From IMG/VR virus record IMGVR_UViG_3300025009_000051, positions 119,717-183,716 of that record: a DNA stretch of 64,000 bases. One strand, given 5' to 3'. The DNA comes from a virus. This document shows, one piece after another, positions 1 through 9,456 of this stretch (position 1 is its first letter; each line of letters begins with the position of its first letter). Under the pieces are notes generated by a model. That model did no database searches, was not told the origin of the DNA, and was given only the letters and a program-made list of their open reading frames with translations. The position numbers were made by a program, and so were the translations under genes.

Positions 1-81
1 ATTTGATTTATTTAACACTTGAAATTGAGTGAGAGCAATATCATTTTTAGTTATCTTATTTTTTGTTTTAGTTCGTTTCAT
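1..81 (-). CDS. Partial hypothetical protein running off the left edge (MKRTKTKNKITKNDIALTQFQVLNKSN...)
   Basis: ATG at 81 just downstream of the M16 peptidase stop; frame stays open to the window edge (manual translation). Confidence 0.5.
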   Translation of the reverse strand, partial: MKRTKTKNKITKNDIALTQFQVLNKSN

Positions 82-84
82 ATC

Positions 85-1191
85 TTAAACAAATTCAATT
101 TTATCAATACTAAAATGAAAGTTATTAAAATATTTCTTATACACTCTAAACACATCTTCAAGAGTCATAGTATCTAAATAATTTTCTACGTACCATTCTT
201 TATCCATAAAATATTTTCCAACATTTGAAAATCTATTAATATTATCTTTAGCAAATTCAATTCTATTCAATTGTTTAAATATTCTAAATCTTTCTTCAGT
301 CAAATATTTTTCTGGATTATCTAAAACATAGTTCAATATCTTTTCTATTTTATTAGCTGATTTAATATCATCTGTAAGAGTTTGAAAATACAATACTCCT
401 TCTTTATTTGTAATTGGTTCTATCAGCATTGATAAATTATAAACCAATCCATATTTTTCTCGAATTAACTTATATAATGGACTATTCAATCCTTCACTTA
501 ACATTCCAGATATAAAATCTACAATTGCATAATCATCTTTAATAATATTCTTACTTATAGAAATAATAGATACTTTATTAAAATGATTCTTATCTTGTGG
601 TTTATAGGTTGGATTATCTTTAAATTCTATTTCTTTATAATCTTTCCTTGGTAAATATTTTATTTGTTCTTTAAATGGATATGATTGAGAAACATTTATA
701 ATAGCAGTAGGAGCAGAAAAATATTTAGAATAAAATTCATTTGCTTTTTCATATGTCAAACTTTTTAAATCTTTTATACACCCGATTGGTCCATAAAAAT
801 TTAAATACTTTCTGAATAAATGTTCATGATGGAAAAACGGTTGTTGATCAAAATAATCGGAATATTCTTGTAGAATTATGCTTTTTTCATTTAAGAATGT
901 TTTTTTATCTACATTAAATGAAGAAATATTTTCTAGAAATTTATATTTAAATCTATCTATTAATTTATCTAATCCTGTAATATGAAATGCTATTTCAGTG
1001 TTGGTCGTAAAAGCATTATTGGAAATTGCGAATTCATCAAATTTATTATATAAATGCTTATTTTGACCGTGCAGCAAATGCTCCATTAAATGACTAACTC
1101 CTCTAAATCCTATTTCTTCATTTTGAGTGGCACCATTATAAAGTATATAGAATCCAGCTAATTGAGTTTGTGACGAAATATTATATATCAT
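85..1191 (-). CDS. M16 (insulinase/pitrilysin) family zinc peptidase
   Basis: Inverted zinc motif HxxEH (SHLMEHLL), SNNAFT, downstream EKSIILQE, C-terminal LYKLIREKYGLVY typical of M16B. Confidence 0.85.
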   Translation of the reverse strand: MIYNISSQTQLAGFYILYNGATQNEEIGFRGVSHLMEHLLHGQNKHLYNKFDEFAISNNAFTTNTEIAFHITGLDKLIDRFKYKFLENISSFNVDKKTFLNEKSIILQEYSDYFDQQPFFHHEHLFRKYLNFYGPIGCIKDLKSLTYEKANEFYSKYFSAPTAIINVSQSYPFKEQIKYLPRKDYKEIEFKDNPTYKPQDKNHFNKVSIISISKNIIKDDYAIVDFISGMLSEGLNSPLYKLIREKYGLVYNLSMLIEPITNKEGVLYFQTLTDDIKSANKIEKILNYVLDNPEKYLTEERFRIFKQLNRIEFAKDNINRFSNVGKYFMDKEWYVENYLDTMTLEDVFRVYKKYFNNFHFSIDKIEFV

Positions 1192-1204
1192 TTTATTTTT
1201 ATTA

Positions 1205-1213
1205 ATAAATATA
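1205..1213 (-). promoter_or_regulatory. Putative late promoter motif TATATTTAT upstream of the M16 peptidase
   Basis: Same 9-mer found upstream of structural genes; 13 nt from the ATG. Confidence 0.45.
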
Positions 1214-1216
1214 AAA

Positions 1217-1513
1217 TTAATTTAAAATTTTAATTCTTTTAGCTAAATACCAAATTCCACCTTGCTTCTCAGGTCTATTCATTACAATTGGATTATCTTC
1301 AATTTCTACTTTCATCCAAACTCTATTTTTCATAGATAAATGCGGAGCATTCGGTGAACCAGTACAATGCCAATAAGGTCTTATTTTAAAATTTTTAGTT
1401 GGAATATTTTCTGCTTCTAACCATTCATTTACAGGTAATCTTCTTGTATTATTGATGAATAAAGAAGTGATGTTTCCATCTTTTAATTTTCTAAATAATT
1501 TATATGCAATCAT
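1217..1513 (-). CDS. Conserved-looking phage hypothetical protein
   Basis: 98-aa ORF in a tightly packed operon (AYKLFR...RPYWHCT...APHLS...WYLA). Confidence 0.7.
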   Translation of the reverse strand: MIAYKLFRKLKDGNITSLFINNTRRLPVNEWLEAENIPTKNFKIRPYWHCTGSPNAPHLSMKNRVWMKVEIEDNPIVMNRPEKQGGIWYLAKRIKILN

Positions 1514-1806
1514 CTTCTCATCATTTTTTTAATTGCCTCTTTAGATTGTATAGATGTTTTGACATCTATAAATTTTTGTTTTTCTTTTTTAGTTAATATT
1601 TTTTTAAAATTTTTAGAGATTGGATTAATACCAATTATTGATCTTTGCCCCGTTTCAATATTCGTCCAATTTATTGGATTAGAATCAGTCGGAAAATTTT
1701 CATAAAGAAATTGTTCCAATTTGCATGCTTCATCAAAAGAATATAACCCTCCGATATGTTTGTTTAAAAATTGTAATTTTGATTCTATGATTACCATTAC
1801 AAACAA
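1510..1806 (-). CDS. Hypothetical protein
   Basis: ORF track; overlaps neighbours in operon fashion. Confidence 0.55.
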   Translation of the reverse strand: MFVMVIIESKLQFLNKHIGGLYSFDEACKLEQFLYENFPTDSNPINWTNIETGQRSIIGINPISKNFKKILTKKEKQKFIDVKTSIQSKEAIKKMMRR

Positions 1807-1994
1807 ATTTTAAATAACTCAATATATTTAATTGTTTTATCTAGACATTCGGCTATTTTCAAAGTATCTTCTTGTTCTTTAGGTTTATGCCACATTAATT
1901 GACCCGTATTTTGTAATATATTCCTTTCATCATTTAACCATTTCAATAGGTCTATTGCGAGCATATTAGAATTGTTTTCTTGTTTTGTTGACAT
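1797..1994 (-). CDS. Hypothetical protein
   Basis: ORF track; co-directional operon. Confidence 0.55.
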   Translation of the reverse strand: MSTKQENNSNMLAIDLLKWLNDERNILQNTGQLMWHKPKEQEDTLKIAECLDKTIKYIELFKICL

Positions 1995-2005
1995 AATTTT
2001 ATTAT

Positions 2006-2224
2006 TTATTCTAAAAGATGATTTGTCAATAATAAATAAGTATTTTTAAGATCCTCTAATGAAGTCAATCTTTTAATTGGAAAAGTTTCTCCTGTCACTT
2101 CATCATACTCTGAAAATACCCATCCTTTTCCATCGTGTTCTATACAATAGTCATTATCATAAAATAAGACATCTGATTCTTTATTAAAATAGTTTAATGA
2201 TTCTATTTCTTTTTTAGTTAGCAT
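2006..2224 (-). CDS. Hypothetical protein
   Basis: ORF track; abuts the helicase stop. Confidence 0.6.
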   Translation of the reverse strand: MLTKKEIESLNYFNKESDVLFYDNDYCIEHDGKGWVFSEYDEVTGETFPIKRLTSLEDLKNTYLLLTNHLLE

Positions 2225-3973
2225 TTATTTGATTAATTGATTGATTATGTCTTTAAAAATTGATTGTTTTTTATTTCCAATATATTTTGCTTCATATTTT
2301 ATTCCAGCATTTATTGCATTTGTTATTACCATTTTATCTTCTAATACATCATACATATTAATATCAAATGTATCTGCTCCGAGAAGGTAATATATGTTTG
2401 CAACATTTTCTTGGCCCATCCTATGAATTCTATCCTCCAGCTGCAAAAGATCGTCTGGCATCCAGCTTAATTCTACAACTGCTAAATTTGAAGCGGCTGT
2501 TAGATTAAATCCAACTTTACCACTATCTATATTTAAAACGATTAATTTTTCATTTGGATCATCTTGAAATTTTTGTACATATTCTTGTCTTTGTTCAACA
2601 GGTGTACCACCATAAATTCTATTACATTTAAAATGATCTGCTATTGAATCCAAGATCGCCACATGATAAGCGAAACAAACCAGCTTTTGCCCACTTTGCA
2701 AAAAAGTATATATCCATTCAATAACATTGTTTAATTTTCCATGGGCGGTTAATTGTCTTAAATAATTTGCTCGAATTAATGCTTCATATTTTGATACTTT
2801 ATTAATTGCTTCTATCTTCTCTAATTTAGAATTTAAAGCATTTAGAACTGTAGGTATTTCATCATCATTTATATCTTCATTTACTACTTTATTTTTTAAA
2901 ATAAAATTAACCAAATCTCTTTTAGCTAATTCATATTCTTTTCTATTATCAATGTCTAAATATACAATAGAACGAACTTTATCAGGTAATTCTTTTAATA
3001 CATCTTTTTTATTTCTTCTGATATAACAAACTTGTCGTAATTTTTCGTGTAATTCTTCAAGATTACTTGCTCCATATTCCCACCCATAATATCCTTCTTT
3101 AGCATCGCAGTATCTTAATTTAAAATTTTGAGAACCTCCAAAATCTTGTAATCTATCTAATATTTTTAATTGATGTACCAAATCTAAAGGAGCATCTCCC
3201 GTAGGAGTTCCTGTCAATAACATTTTATATTCTACTTTTCTGGATAGTGTGAATACAGCTTTAGATCTTTGTGATTTATGTGATTTGACGAAATGTGATT
3301 CATCTACTATCAATAATTTTATTTTTTTCTTTTCTAATATTTTTAAATACTTTGTCAAAGCTTGATAATGAATGATGATTATATCTGCTTCAAAATTATC
3401 TTTTTTATTATTTCGTATAACAGATATTCTTTCTTTATCAATATCAATCCATTTTAATATTTCATAATACCAATTTAATTTTAAACTATTTGGACATATA
3501 ATGGTAATAGGATATTTACCTAATGTAAAAAAAGAAGCAATTGCTTGAGGAGTTTTACCTAATCCTTGTTCATCGCCTAATAATACTCTTTTATTTTTAA
3601 GAATGTATTGAACCCCAGCAGCTTGAAAAGGTCTTAAGGTTAGTTTTAAATTTGGTATTATAAAATCAGTAGATTCGGCAGCACTTAAAATTTTATTTTC
3701 TTTGTTCAGTTCTTTTAATTGTTCTACAAATACCTTAAATTCTAAAGGAGTTTCAAAATTATAATAAGAACAAAAAGCATCTAGATATTCAAGAGTAGTT
3801 TTATTTAAAGGAACTTCCCAAAAATATTCATTCCAATTAAATTTTCTACCGGGTATTTTTTTAATATTTTCTTTTAATTCAGCAGACATTTCATCATTAA
3901 AGAAATGAGGATAATGAATGGTAACATAATGTTTTTTTCTTCTTTCAATTAATTTTATATGATAATCGCTCAT
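2225..3973 (-). CDS. SNF2/SWI2-family SF2 helicase with N-terminal HARP-like domain (SMARCAL1-like)
   Basis: LRPFQ Q-motif, GDEQGLGKT Walker A, IVDESH Walker B, LLTGTP, QLEDRIHRMGQ motif VI; N-terminal IKKIPGRKFNW..FWEVP resembles HARP. Confidence 0.88.
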   Translation of the reverse strand: MSDYHIKLIERRKKHYVTIHYPHFFNDEMSAELKENIKKIPGRKFNWNEYFWEVPLNKTTLEYLDAFCSYYNFETPLEFKVFVEQLKELNKENKILSAAESTDFIIPNLKLTLRPFQAAGVQYILKNKRVLLGDEQGLGKTPQAIASFFTLGKYPITIICPNSLKLNWYYEILKWIDIDKERISVIRNNKKDNFEADIIIIHYQALTKYLKILEKKKIKLLIVDESHFVKSHKSQRSKAVFTLSRKVEYKMLLTGTPTGDAPLDLVHQLKILDRLQDFGGSQNFKLRYCDAKEGYYGWEYGASNLEELHEKLRQVCYIRRNKKDVLKELPDKVRSIVYLDIDNRKEYELAKRDLVNFILKNKVVNEDINDDEIPTVLNALNSKLEKIEAINKVSKYEALIRANYLRQLTAHGKLNNVIEWIYTFLQSGQKLVCFAYHVAILDSIADHFKCNRIYGGTPVEQRQEYVQKFQDDPNEKLIVLNIDSGKVGFNLTAASNLAVVELSWMPDDLLQLEDRIHRMGQENVANIYYLLGADTFDINMYDVLEDKMVITNAINAGIKYEAKYIGNKKQSIFKDIINQLIK

Positions 3974-5886
3974 TTAATCTTTTTCTTAAATTTTTCTGGT
4001 AAGTAATCAAAATATGCGTCTTTAGATTTTACTTCTGATAATTCTGTTTCATATCCATTTTCTTGTAAAATATTAATCACATCTTCAGATAAAAGTAGAG
4101 TATTTTCAAATAATTTTTCTGCTATTAATTCTACTAACTGTTTATAATCTTTAATGAGTTTTTCAGTTTCTTTGGAACATTCTTTTATTATTTTTCTTAT
4201 CTCTTTATTCTGTTCTTTGATAGAAGAATAAGCATATTCAGATTCTTGTTTATTTTGAACATAAATTAAATCATCATTTAATCCGTGCTTATAAATTAAT
4301 GCAGCCAAATTTGTAGCAGAAGAAATATCGGACGCAGTTCCAGTTGAAATGTTTTCACTCCCAAAAAATATTTTCTCTGATATTGGTCCAGCTAAATAAC
4401 ATTTTATTTTTGATAATATTAATTTTTTGTTTGATTCATGATCCGGATATTCAGTAAAAGTTAATCCAAGACTATCTGCATCTTTATCTTGTAATGCGAT
4501 ATATTTTGGAATTAATTTGGTATCAATAATATTTACTACCGCGTGCGCGGCCTCATGTATAGAAGTAATGTATTTAATATTTTTATCAATTGAAATCGAA
4601 TCAGAAATATATGGTTTTATAATCCATTGATCATTTTTAAACAAAAGAATATTATTATTCTCTTTGTCATAATCTAAGCTTGAAGAAGTTGTATTTTCTT
4701 CTAATAATTCACTGATAATTAATTCTTCAACATACTGTTTTATATTTTTCTTTATTCTCATTCCTTGAGTAGGAAATACAAATTTGTCATATAAAAAATC
4801 TACAAAATTATCACTATATTTAAATTCAATTAATTTTATTTCTGATAAGAGTTTTTTAATTACTTTGATATAATCTTCTCTTTTAAATGAATAATAAATA
4901 ATATGATTGTGACCTAATCTCGCAATGTGTTCTGGATTAAAATATGTTAATAACGCATCTTTAATATTTTTAATAGTGATTTTAGAAGTAATATCATACA
5001 ACATATCCGCGGGTATCTTTTCAAATTCAAAACTCATGGTATATAATTGATCCAAATTACCAATCACAAATATCAAACTTTTTCTTAAATCATATACTTT
5101 TGGTTTTAAATCTAGAATAGCATGTTTAGTTAAAATATCAATTATTTCTTTGATAGAGTATTCTTTTTTTCTATTTTCTAATAACTTTCTATATTCTAAT
5201 CTATGATGAATTTTTATTTGCCTTAAAAATTCATCATATATAAAAGATTTTCTTTTTTCTTTTAGTGAAATTGTTTTTCGTTTAGTAATATTAATGTTAG
5301 ATCCATAATCATATTCAAGTAATAAATCAAAATATTCAGAATAATTTTCTTCAGGTATTATATTTTTATTTAATTCAATTCCTCTATTTTGTATTTCTTC
5401 TAAAAATTTAATAAATTCTTTAATGCTCGAATGTGAACTATTATACATTGAAACAGTTTCTCCGGTATCTATAAACTTCCAAATAAAACTTTTATTTGAA
5501 TTGCTTTCGATATTATATTGATTTCTTATTGCCGCATATTGAATGTCATCAAATACTATTATTGGAGTATTTGTGTCATACATATAACTCATCTTATCAA
5601 ACTTATAATATAAAGTACCATCGTCTTCATGATAAGAAGGAGCCATATCAAAAGAAGAATATAAATGAGATAAATCCAATTTTTTAACTAAAGAAGATAT
5701 CAACTCACTTTTACCTACCCCTGTCATTCCCCATAAATTTATAATGGTAGGAAATGTTTGCTTATCTCGATATAGAAACCAAGGTTTAATGAAATTAATT
5801 AATTGATCAATTTGATAATCAATTCCGACAAATTCTTCTTTTAATTCTTTTTTGACTGTTTCTAATAAAATTATTTTTTCTTGCAT
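3970..5886 (-). CDS. AAA+ ATPase (Clp D2-like) fused to a C-terminal M41/FtsH-type zinc peptidase domain; no transmembrane segment
   Basis: GMTGVGKS Walker A, IVFDD Walker B, PEHIARLG; C-terminal IHEAAHAVV, LAGPISEKIFFG, STGTASDISSAT as in the FtsH protease domain. Confidence 0.8.
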   Translation of the reverse strand: MQEKIILLETVKKELKEEFVGIDYQIDQLINFIKPWFLYRDKQTFPTIINLWGMTGVGKSELISSLVKKLDLSHLYSSFDMAPSYHEDDGTLYYKFDKMSYMYDTNTPIIVFDDIQYAAIRNQYNIESNSNKSFIWKFIDTGETVSMYNSSHSSIKEFIKFLEEIQNRGIELNKNIIPEENYSEYFDLLLEYDYGSNINITKRKTISLKEKRKSFIYDEFLRQIKIHHRLEYRKLLENRKKEYSIKEIIDILTKHAILDLKPKVYDLRKSLIFVIGNLDQLYTMSFEFEKIPADMLYDITSKITIKNIKDALLTYFNPEHIARLGHNHIIYYSFKREDYIKVIKKLLSEIKLIEFKYSDNFVDFLYDKFVFPTQGMRIKKNIKQYVEELIISELLEENTTSSSLDYDKENNNILLFKNDQWIIKPYISDSISIDKNIKYITSIHEAAHAVVNIIDTKLIPKYIALQDKDADSLGLTFTEYPDHESNKKLILSKIKCYLAGPISEKIFFGSENISTGTASDISSATNLAALIYKHGLNDDLIYVQNKQESEYAYSSIKEQNKEIRKIIKECSKETEKLIKDYKQLVELIAEKLFENTLLLSEDVINILQENGYETELSEVKSKDAYFDYLPEKFKKKIK

Positions 5887-5899
5887 TGTTTAAATTTAA

Positions 5900-7192
5900 T
5901 TAAAAATGTGTTGGTATATCATCAATCGTAATTATTTCTGCAGCTTTAAGAAATCCAATATCAGTTTTTACCTTGCCTACCATCTTGCTATTTTGTTTAG
6001 AATACTCAGGAAGTTTATCAAAAATTTCTGTCATTATTTTTACTGTTTCGGCTAAAATTTCGAGAGTTATATCTTTTTGATTTGCCACTGCATATGAAAG
6101 AGAAGCGTTTACTAATTCTCGAATTTGTGCTCCTGTCAAATTATTAACTATACTTATAATTAATTTTTCTTTCTGTAAATCTTCATTTGAATATATTCCT
6201 TTAGCATACAATTTAAAACAATTATAAGCATACTCGCCTGTCAACGACCCCATGTGTATTATTTTATCAATTCTTCCAGGACGCTTTAAAATTCTATTTT
6301 CTATTACTTCTGGATAATTTGTTGACATTAATATATATGCTCCTTCTACCATTCTTGGTTGGTCCATACCATCTAATACATTTAATAAGGTAGATCCTCC
6401 TTCATTTAATATATATTCCGCATCTTCAAAAATAAGTAGAGTGGATACTTTATACTTCTTGCACAGTTGTAAATGACCAACAACCACTCGCATATTATTT
6501 GCATAAATTACACATTTTTCTTTGGCATATTTTTGAGCTAATTTTATTCCTGTAATTGTTTTACCTGTTCCGGGTTCTCCAATAATTAATCCTTTTCTAA
6601 TTCCGGGCATATTAAATCTTGTAAATAATTCAACATTGTTGAAATAAAAATCAATATCCTTTTCTATTATACTAAAATTTTGATGAATTACTTCGTTGCT
6701 AAACAGTTTATCTTTTTTGGTATATATCAATTGGCCGGTTCCTGTCATTTGAAGATCATATATTCCTACTTTTGGTTTTTGCGAAAGTCGAAACACTTGT
6801 TCAGACATTTTTAAATATTTCATCCAAGTTTCTTTTTCTCCAACCACAAGTGATTCAACTCCTCCTGTTTTCTTTAGTCCTGACCACCAGTATGAAAACA
6901 ATAAAAATGAATCATCAGAAAAAACAACTTTAAAAATTCCAGTCTTATCTGTGGCTGAAATTGCTTTCTTTTTATTTAATTTTACATTAATCGAAAAACA
7001 TGGAATCACTTGAGAAGAAATTGGAATTATGTCTTTAACATATAATTTTTTCCGTTTAGAAAATATTTTAAGATTTTCTAATTCTGAATACCCCATTCTA
7101 TAAGAATAATCCGCAATCAGAAAATCTTTAGTTGGTTTAATACTTCTATACAATTCCATTAATTCTTTATTTACACTCTGCAACTTTGTCAT
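5900..7192 (-). CDS. Classical AAA-clade ATPase
   Basis: GEPGTGKT Walker A, LIFEDAE Walker B, LLNVLDG, STNYPE sensor 1, RILKRPGRID second region of homology. Confidence 0.88.
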   Translation of the reverse strand: MTKLQSVNKELMELYRSIKPTKDFLIADYSYRMGYSELENLKIFSKRKKLYVKDIIPISSQVIPCFSINVKLNKKKAISATDKTGIFKVVFSDDSFLLFSYWWSGLKKTGGVESLVVGEKETWMKYLKMSEQVFRLSQKPKVGIYDLQMTGTGQLIYTKKDKLFSNEVIHQNFSIIEKDIDFYFNNVELFTRFNMPGIRKGLIIGEPGTGKTITGIKLAQKYAKEKCVIYANNMRVVVGHLQLCKKYKVSTLLIFEDAEYILNEGGSTLLNVLDGMDQPRMVEGAYILMSTNYPEVIENRILKRPGRIDKIIHMGSLTGEYAYNCFKLYAKGIYSNEDLQKEKLIISIVNNLTGAQIRELVNASLSYAVANQKDITLEILAETVKIMTEIFDKLPEYSKQNSKMVGKVKTDIGFLKAAEIITIDDIPTHF

Positions 7193-7556
7193 AATTTCTT
7201 ATTATTTCAGTTTTTAATTTTAATTCTCCTAATTCAGTTAAATTATATATAATTTCATCCTTTATTTTATTACAGGTATATTTTCCTCCAAATGATCCGA
7301 CAGAGTTAGTAATGGTAAGAAAAAATCTATGATACACAATGTGTTCTGACTTCATAAGAATATACAATCCTAATTCAAAAATACCGTTACAAATTAAAGA
7401 ATTTAAAAGAAGAGTATCTTTAGAATTAGAAGTGTATATTTCTACATATGGAGATCTTTCAGAATAACTTATTTTCTTTATTGATAGAATTTGAAAAGGT
7501 ATTTTATTCTTTTCTATTTTTACAATAAAGACAGATGGAATTTCATTTATTGTCAT
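7167..7556 (-). CDS. Hypothetical protein
   Basis: 129-aa ORF, co-directional. Confidence 0.6.
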   Translation of the reverse strand: MTINEIPSVFIVKIEKNKIPFQILSIKKISYSERSPYVEIYTSNSKDTLLLNSLICNGIFELGLYILMKSEHIVYHRFFLTITNSVGSFGGKYTCNKIKDEIIYNLTELGELKLKTEIIRNYDKVAECK

Positions 7557-7565
7557 ATGATTCTT

Positions 7566-7817
7566 CTACCATCTTTTATTTTTGAGTGGCATGGTACGAT
7601 ATGCTTCCCAAACTCGACTTCTTAAATTCTTATCAGAAGTGTAAAGTTGCAATGCTCTTGATAAAGATATTTTTCTTCCTTTATCTTTTACTCGAGTGTC
7701 ATCTACACTACATTGAGCGGAAGCGGCTACGATTAATTCATTGGCTTCATAAATTCTACAATAAGTGATTCGGTCTTCATATGACCACTTAATTTTTAAA
7801 TTTTCGATTTTTAACAT
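7566..7817 (-). CDS. Phage hypothetical protein
   Basis: 83-aa ORF (ASAQCSVDD...KGRKISLSRAL). Confidence 0.65.
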   Translation of the reverse strand: MLKIENLKIKWSYEDRITYCRIYEANELIVAASAQCSVDDTRVKDKGRKISLSRALQLYTSDKNLRSRVWEAYRTMPLKNKRW

Positions 7818-7819
7818 AA

Positions 7820-7843
7820 CAGTATATTTTTAAATTGTGAATT
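7820..7843 (-). repeat. Copy 1 of a duplicated 24-bp gene-leader sequence
   Basis: cagtatatttttaaattgtgaatt matches 8058-8081 at 23/24 positions. Confidence 0.8.
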
Positions 7844-8055
7844 TAATATTCGGAATTTATAAGAAATTCTTCAACATCCTTTACACTAAAACATCTTGCG
7901 AATTTACCTGTATTTTCATTTAATACTATCACAAAATCAAGTGCACCGTAATTAAACGCCAATTTAGCTGCTTCAATATCAAATACACATAAAGCATTAT
8001 ATTTTGGCATTACTGGCTGGCAATCTGAATATTTTTCATCTAGAATTCTTAACAT
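7843..8055 (-). CDS. Hypothetical protein
   Basis: 70-aa ORF between the two leader copies. Confidence 0.6.
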   Translation of the reverse strand: MLRILDEKYSDCQPVMPKYNALCVFDIEAAKLAFNYGALDFVIVLNENTGKFARCFSVKDVEEFLINSEY

Positions 8056-8057
8056 GA

Positions 8058-8095
8058 CAGTATATTTTTAAATTGCGAATTGCGAATTGTGAATT
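8058..8095 (-). repeat. Copy 2 of the leader plus tandem heptamers AATTG(C/T)G x3
   Basis: aattgcg aattgcg aattgtg aatt at 8071-8095. Confidence 0.8.
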
Positions 8096-8101
8096 CTTTT
8101 A

Positions 8102-8109
8102 CAAATGTA
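8102..8109 (-). promoter_or_regulatory. Bacteroidota-type -7 box (TACATTTG)
   Basis: Matches TAnnTTTG in an intergenic gap upstream of 8055. Confidence 0.55.
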
Positions 8110-8125
8110 AATAATTTTTTTGATA

Positions 8126-8410
8126 TTAACAAATTGAATTTGCGATTGCACTATCGTTTGCATAGAAATTCTTTGCTAATTGTATTTCTTGTAATTTTAT
8201 TTTATAAGATTCTTTTATTTGATCAATAACTTCATCAAAATGTTTGCTTGCATTTGCATCAAAGGTAGCCTCTGTAGGATGATCATAATTTCCTTTAAAT
8301 TCCACTTCAAACCCATTTTCTCGTAAAAAATTCTTTAATAATAATATCATTCTAGATTTGCCAGAATTATATTGGCCAGATACTGTAATAATTAAATCTT
8401 TCTTTTCCAT
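8126..8410 (-). CDS. Small protein with a Walker A-like motif
   Basis: ITVSGQYNSGKS; too short for a complete P-loop kinase. Confidence 0.55.
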   Translation of the reverse strand: MEKKDLIITVSGQYNSGKSRMILLLKNFLRENGFEVEFKGNYDHPTEATFDANASKHFDEVIDQIKESYKIKLQEIQLAKNFYANDSAIANSIC

Positions 8411-8428
8411 TTCTTAATTTTTTATTAT

Positions 8429-8794
8429 TTATAATATACGATTTCCATGCAGAATAACAAAATATAATTTATCTGGTTCTGCTCCCCATTCTGGATTTCC
8501 CGTTCTTATTTCAATTCCCCTATGTTCATATTTTAAAATTCTTTCTAAATCAGTTGATTTTGGGTAGCCTAACGTCATTGTGTTACAATCAAATGTTTTT
8601 GGATTTATGCTACCTTTATTCAAAACTTCTTTGAGTTCGTTTAGTTGTAATGGGTATTTGTTCATATCCCAAGAAAAATCTTTTGTAAGTCGTTTAATCC
8701 AGTATGTATTTATCTCTCTATAATCTTCAGTTTTAATTCCTGATTTTGTCAATTCAAACCATTTAGTTTTTAATGCTAATTGTAGATTTTTCAT
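8429..8794 (-). CDS. ASCH/PUA-like domain protein
   Basis: LQLALKTKWFELTKSGIKTEDYRE and C-terminal GNPEWGAEPDKLYFVI. Confidence 0.7.
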   Translation of the reverse strand: MKNLQLALKTKWFELTKSGIKTEDYREINTYWIKRLTKDFSWDMNKYPLQLNELKEVLNKGSINPKTFDCNTMTLGYPKSTDLERILKYEHRGIEIRTGNPEWGAEPDKLYFVILHGNRIL

Positions 8795-9084
8795 AATTTA
8801 TTTATTACTTTCCTGCAAGTTTCTATTTCAGTTAAAACCACATATGCCATATTATCGTTTCCCAATATAACTTCTGATCTGTAATGCTGGTTTGCATATG
8901 ATCTTGTTTCAACAATTATTTTTTCAATATTATTCAATTCAGCAGTTACTTTGTCGATTGCATATTTTTCCATAGCTTTTAATACATCAGAATATTGGAA
9001 ATAAAAATTTTCAACATTATCAAGATCCGCATCCTCACTTATCGTGCAACAAGTAATTCCATCTAAAATTTCTTCTTTAGTCAT
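8791..9084 (-). CDS. Hypothetical protein
   Basis: ORF track; co-directional. Confidence 0.6.
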   Translation of the reverse strand: MTKEEILDGITCCTISEDADLDNVENFYFQYSDVLKAMEKYAIDKVTAELNNIEKIIVETRSYANQHYRSEVILGNDNMAYVVLTEIETCRKVINKL

Positions 9085-9090
9085 ATAATT

Positions 9091-9441
9091 TTATTTTTTC
9101 TTAATTTTAAAATCTTCCCAATTTAAAGGAGTATTTTTTTCTGCAATAAATTTTAAATGTGATATAACTTCATCTTCAAGAGGATATATCAATTTAAATT
9201 CTCCTTCTGCAAAAGTACCATACAATAATTCATACTCCGGATTTAATTCAAGAAATTCATCTAAACTTTTAGAATATAACAATCCAGTAGATTTAAGAGT
9301 TAAGATAGAATATCTAATTGCCATAAACCAATCTCGAACAACATCATTAGAAGAAAATGATTTGTCAGTATGGCAATTATCTGTTAAAACATCTACTCCT
9401 GTATAAATCTTTTCTTCAAAATTTACTCTTATTATAATCAT
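9091..9441 (-). CDS. Hypothetical protein
   Basis: 116-aa ORF. Confidence 0.6.
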   Translation of the reverse strand: MIIIRVNFEEKIYTGVDVLTDNCHTDKSFSSNDVVRDWFMAIRYSILTLKSTGLLYSKSLDEFLELNPEYELLYGTFAEGEFKLIYPLEDEVISHLKFIAEKNTPLNWEDFKIKKK

Positions 9442-9456
9442 AACCGTTATTAATTT

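Noticed and set aside
8126-8410. Functional nucleotide kinase
   Set aside because: Only a Walker A-like motif in 94 aa; the rest of the fold is not evident
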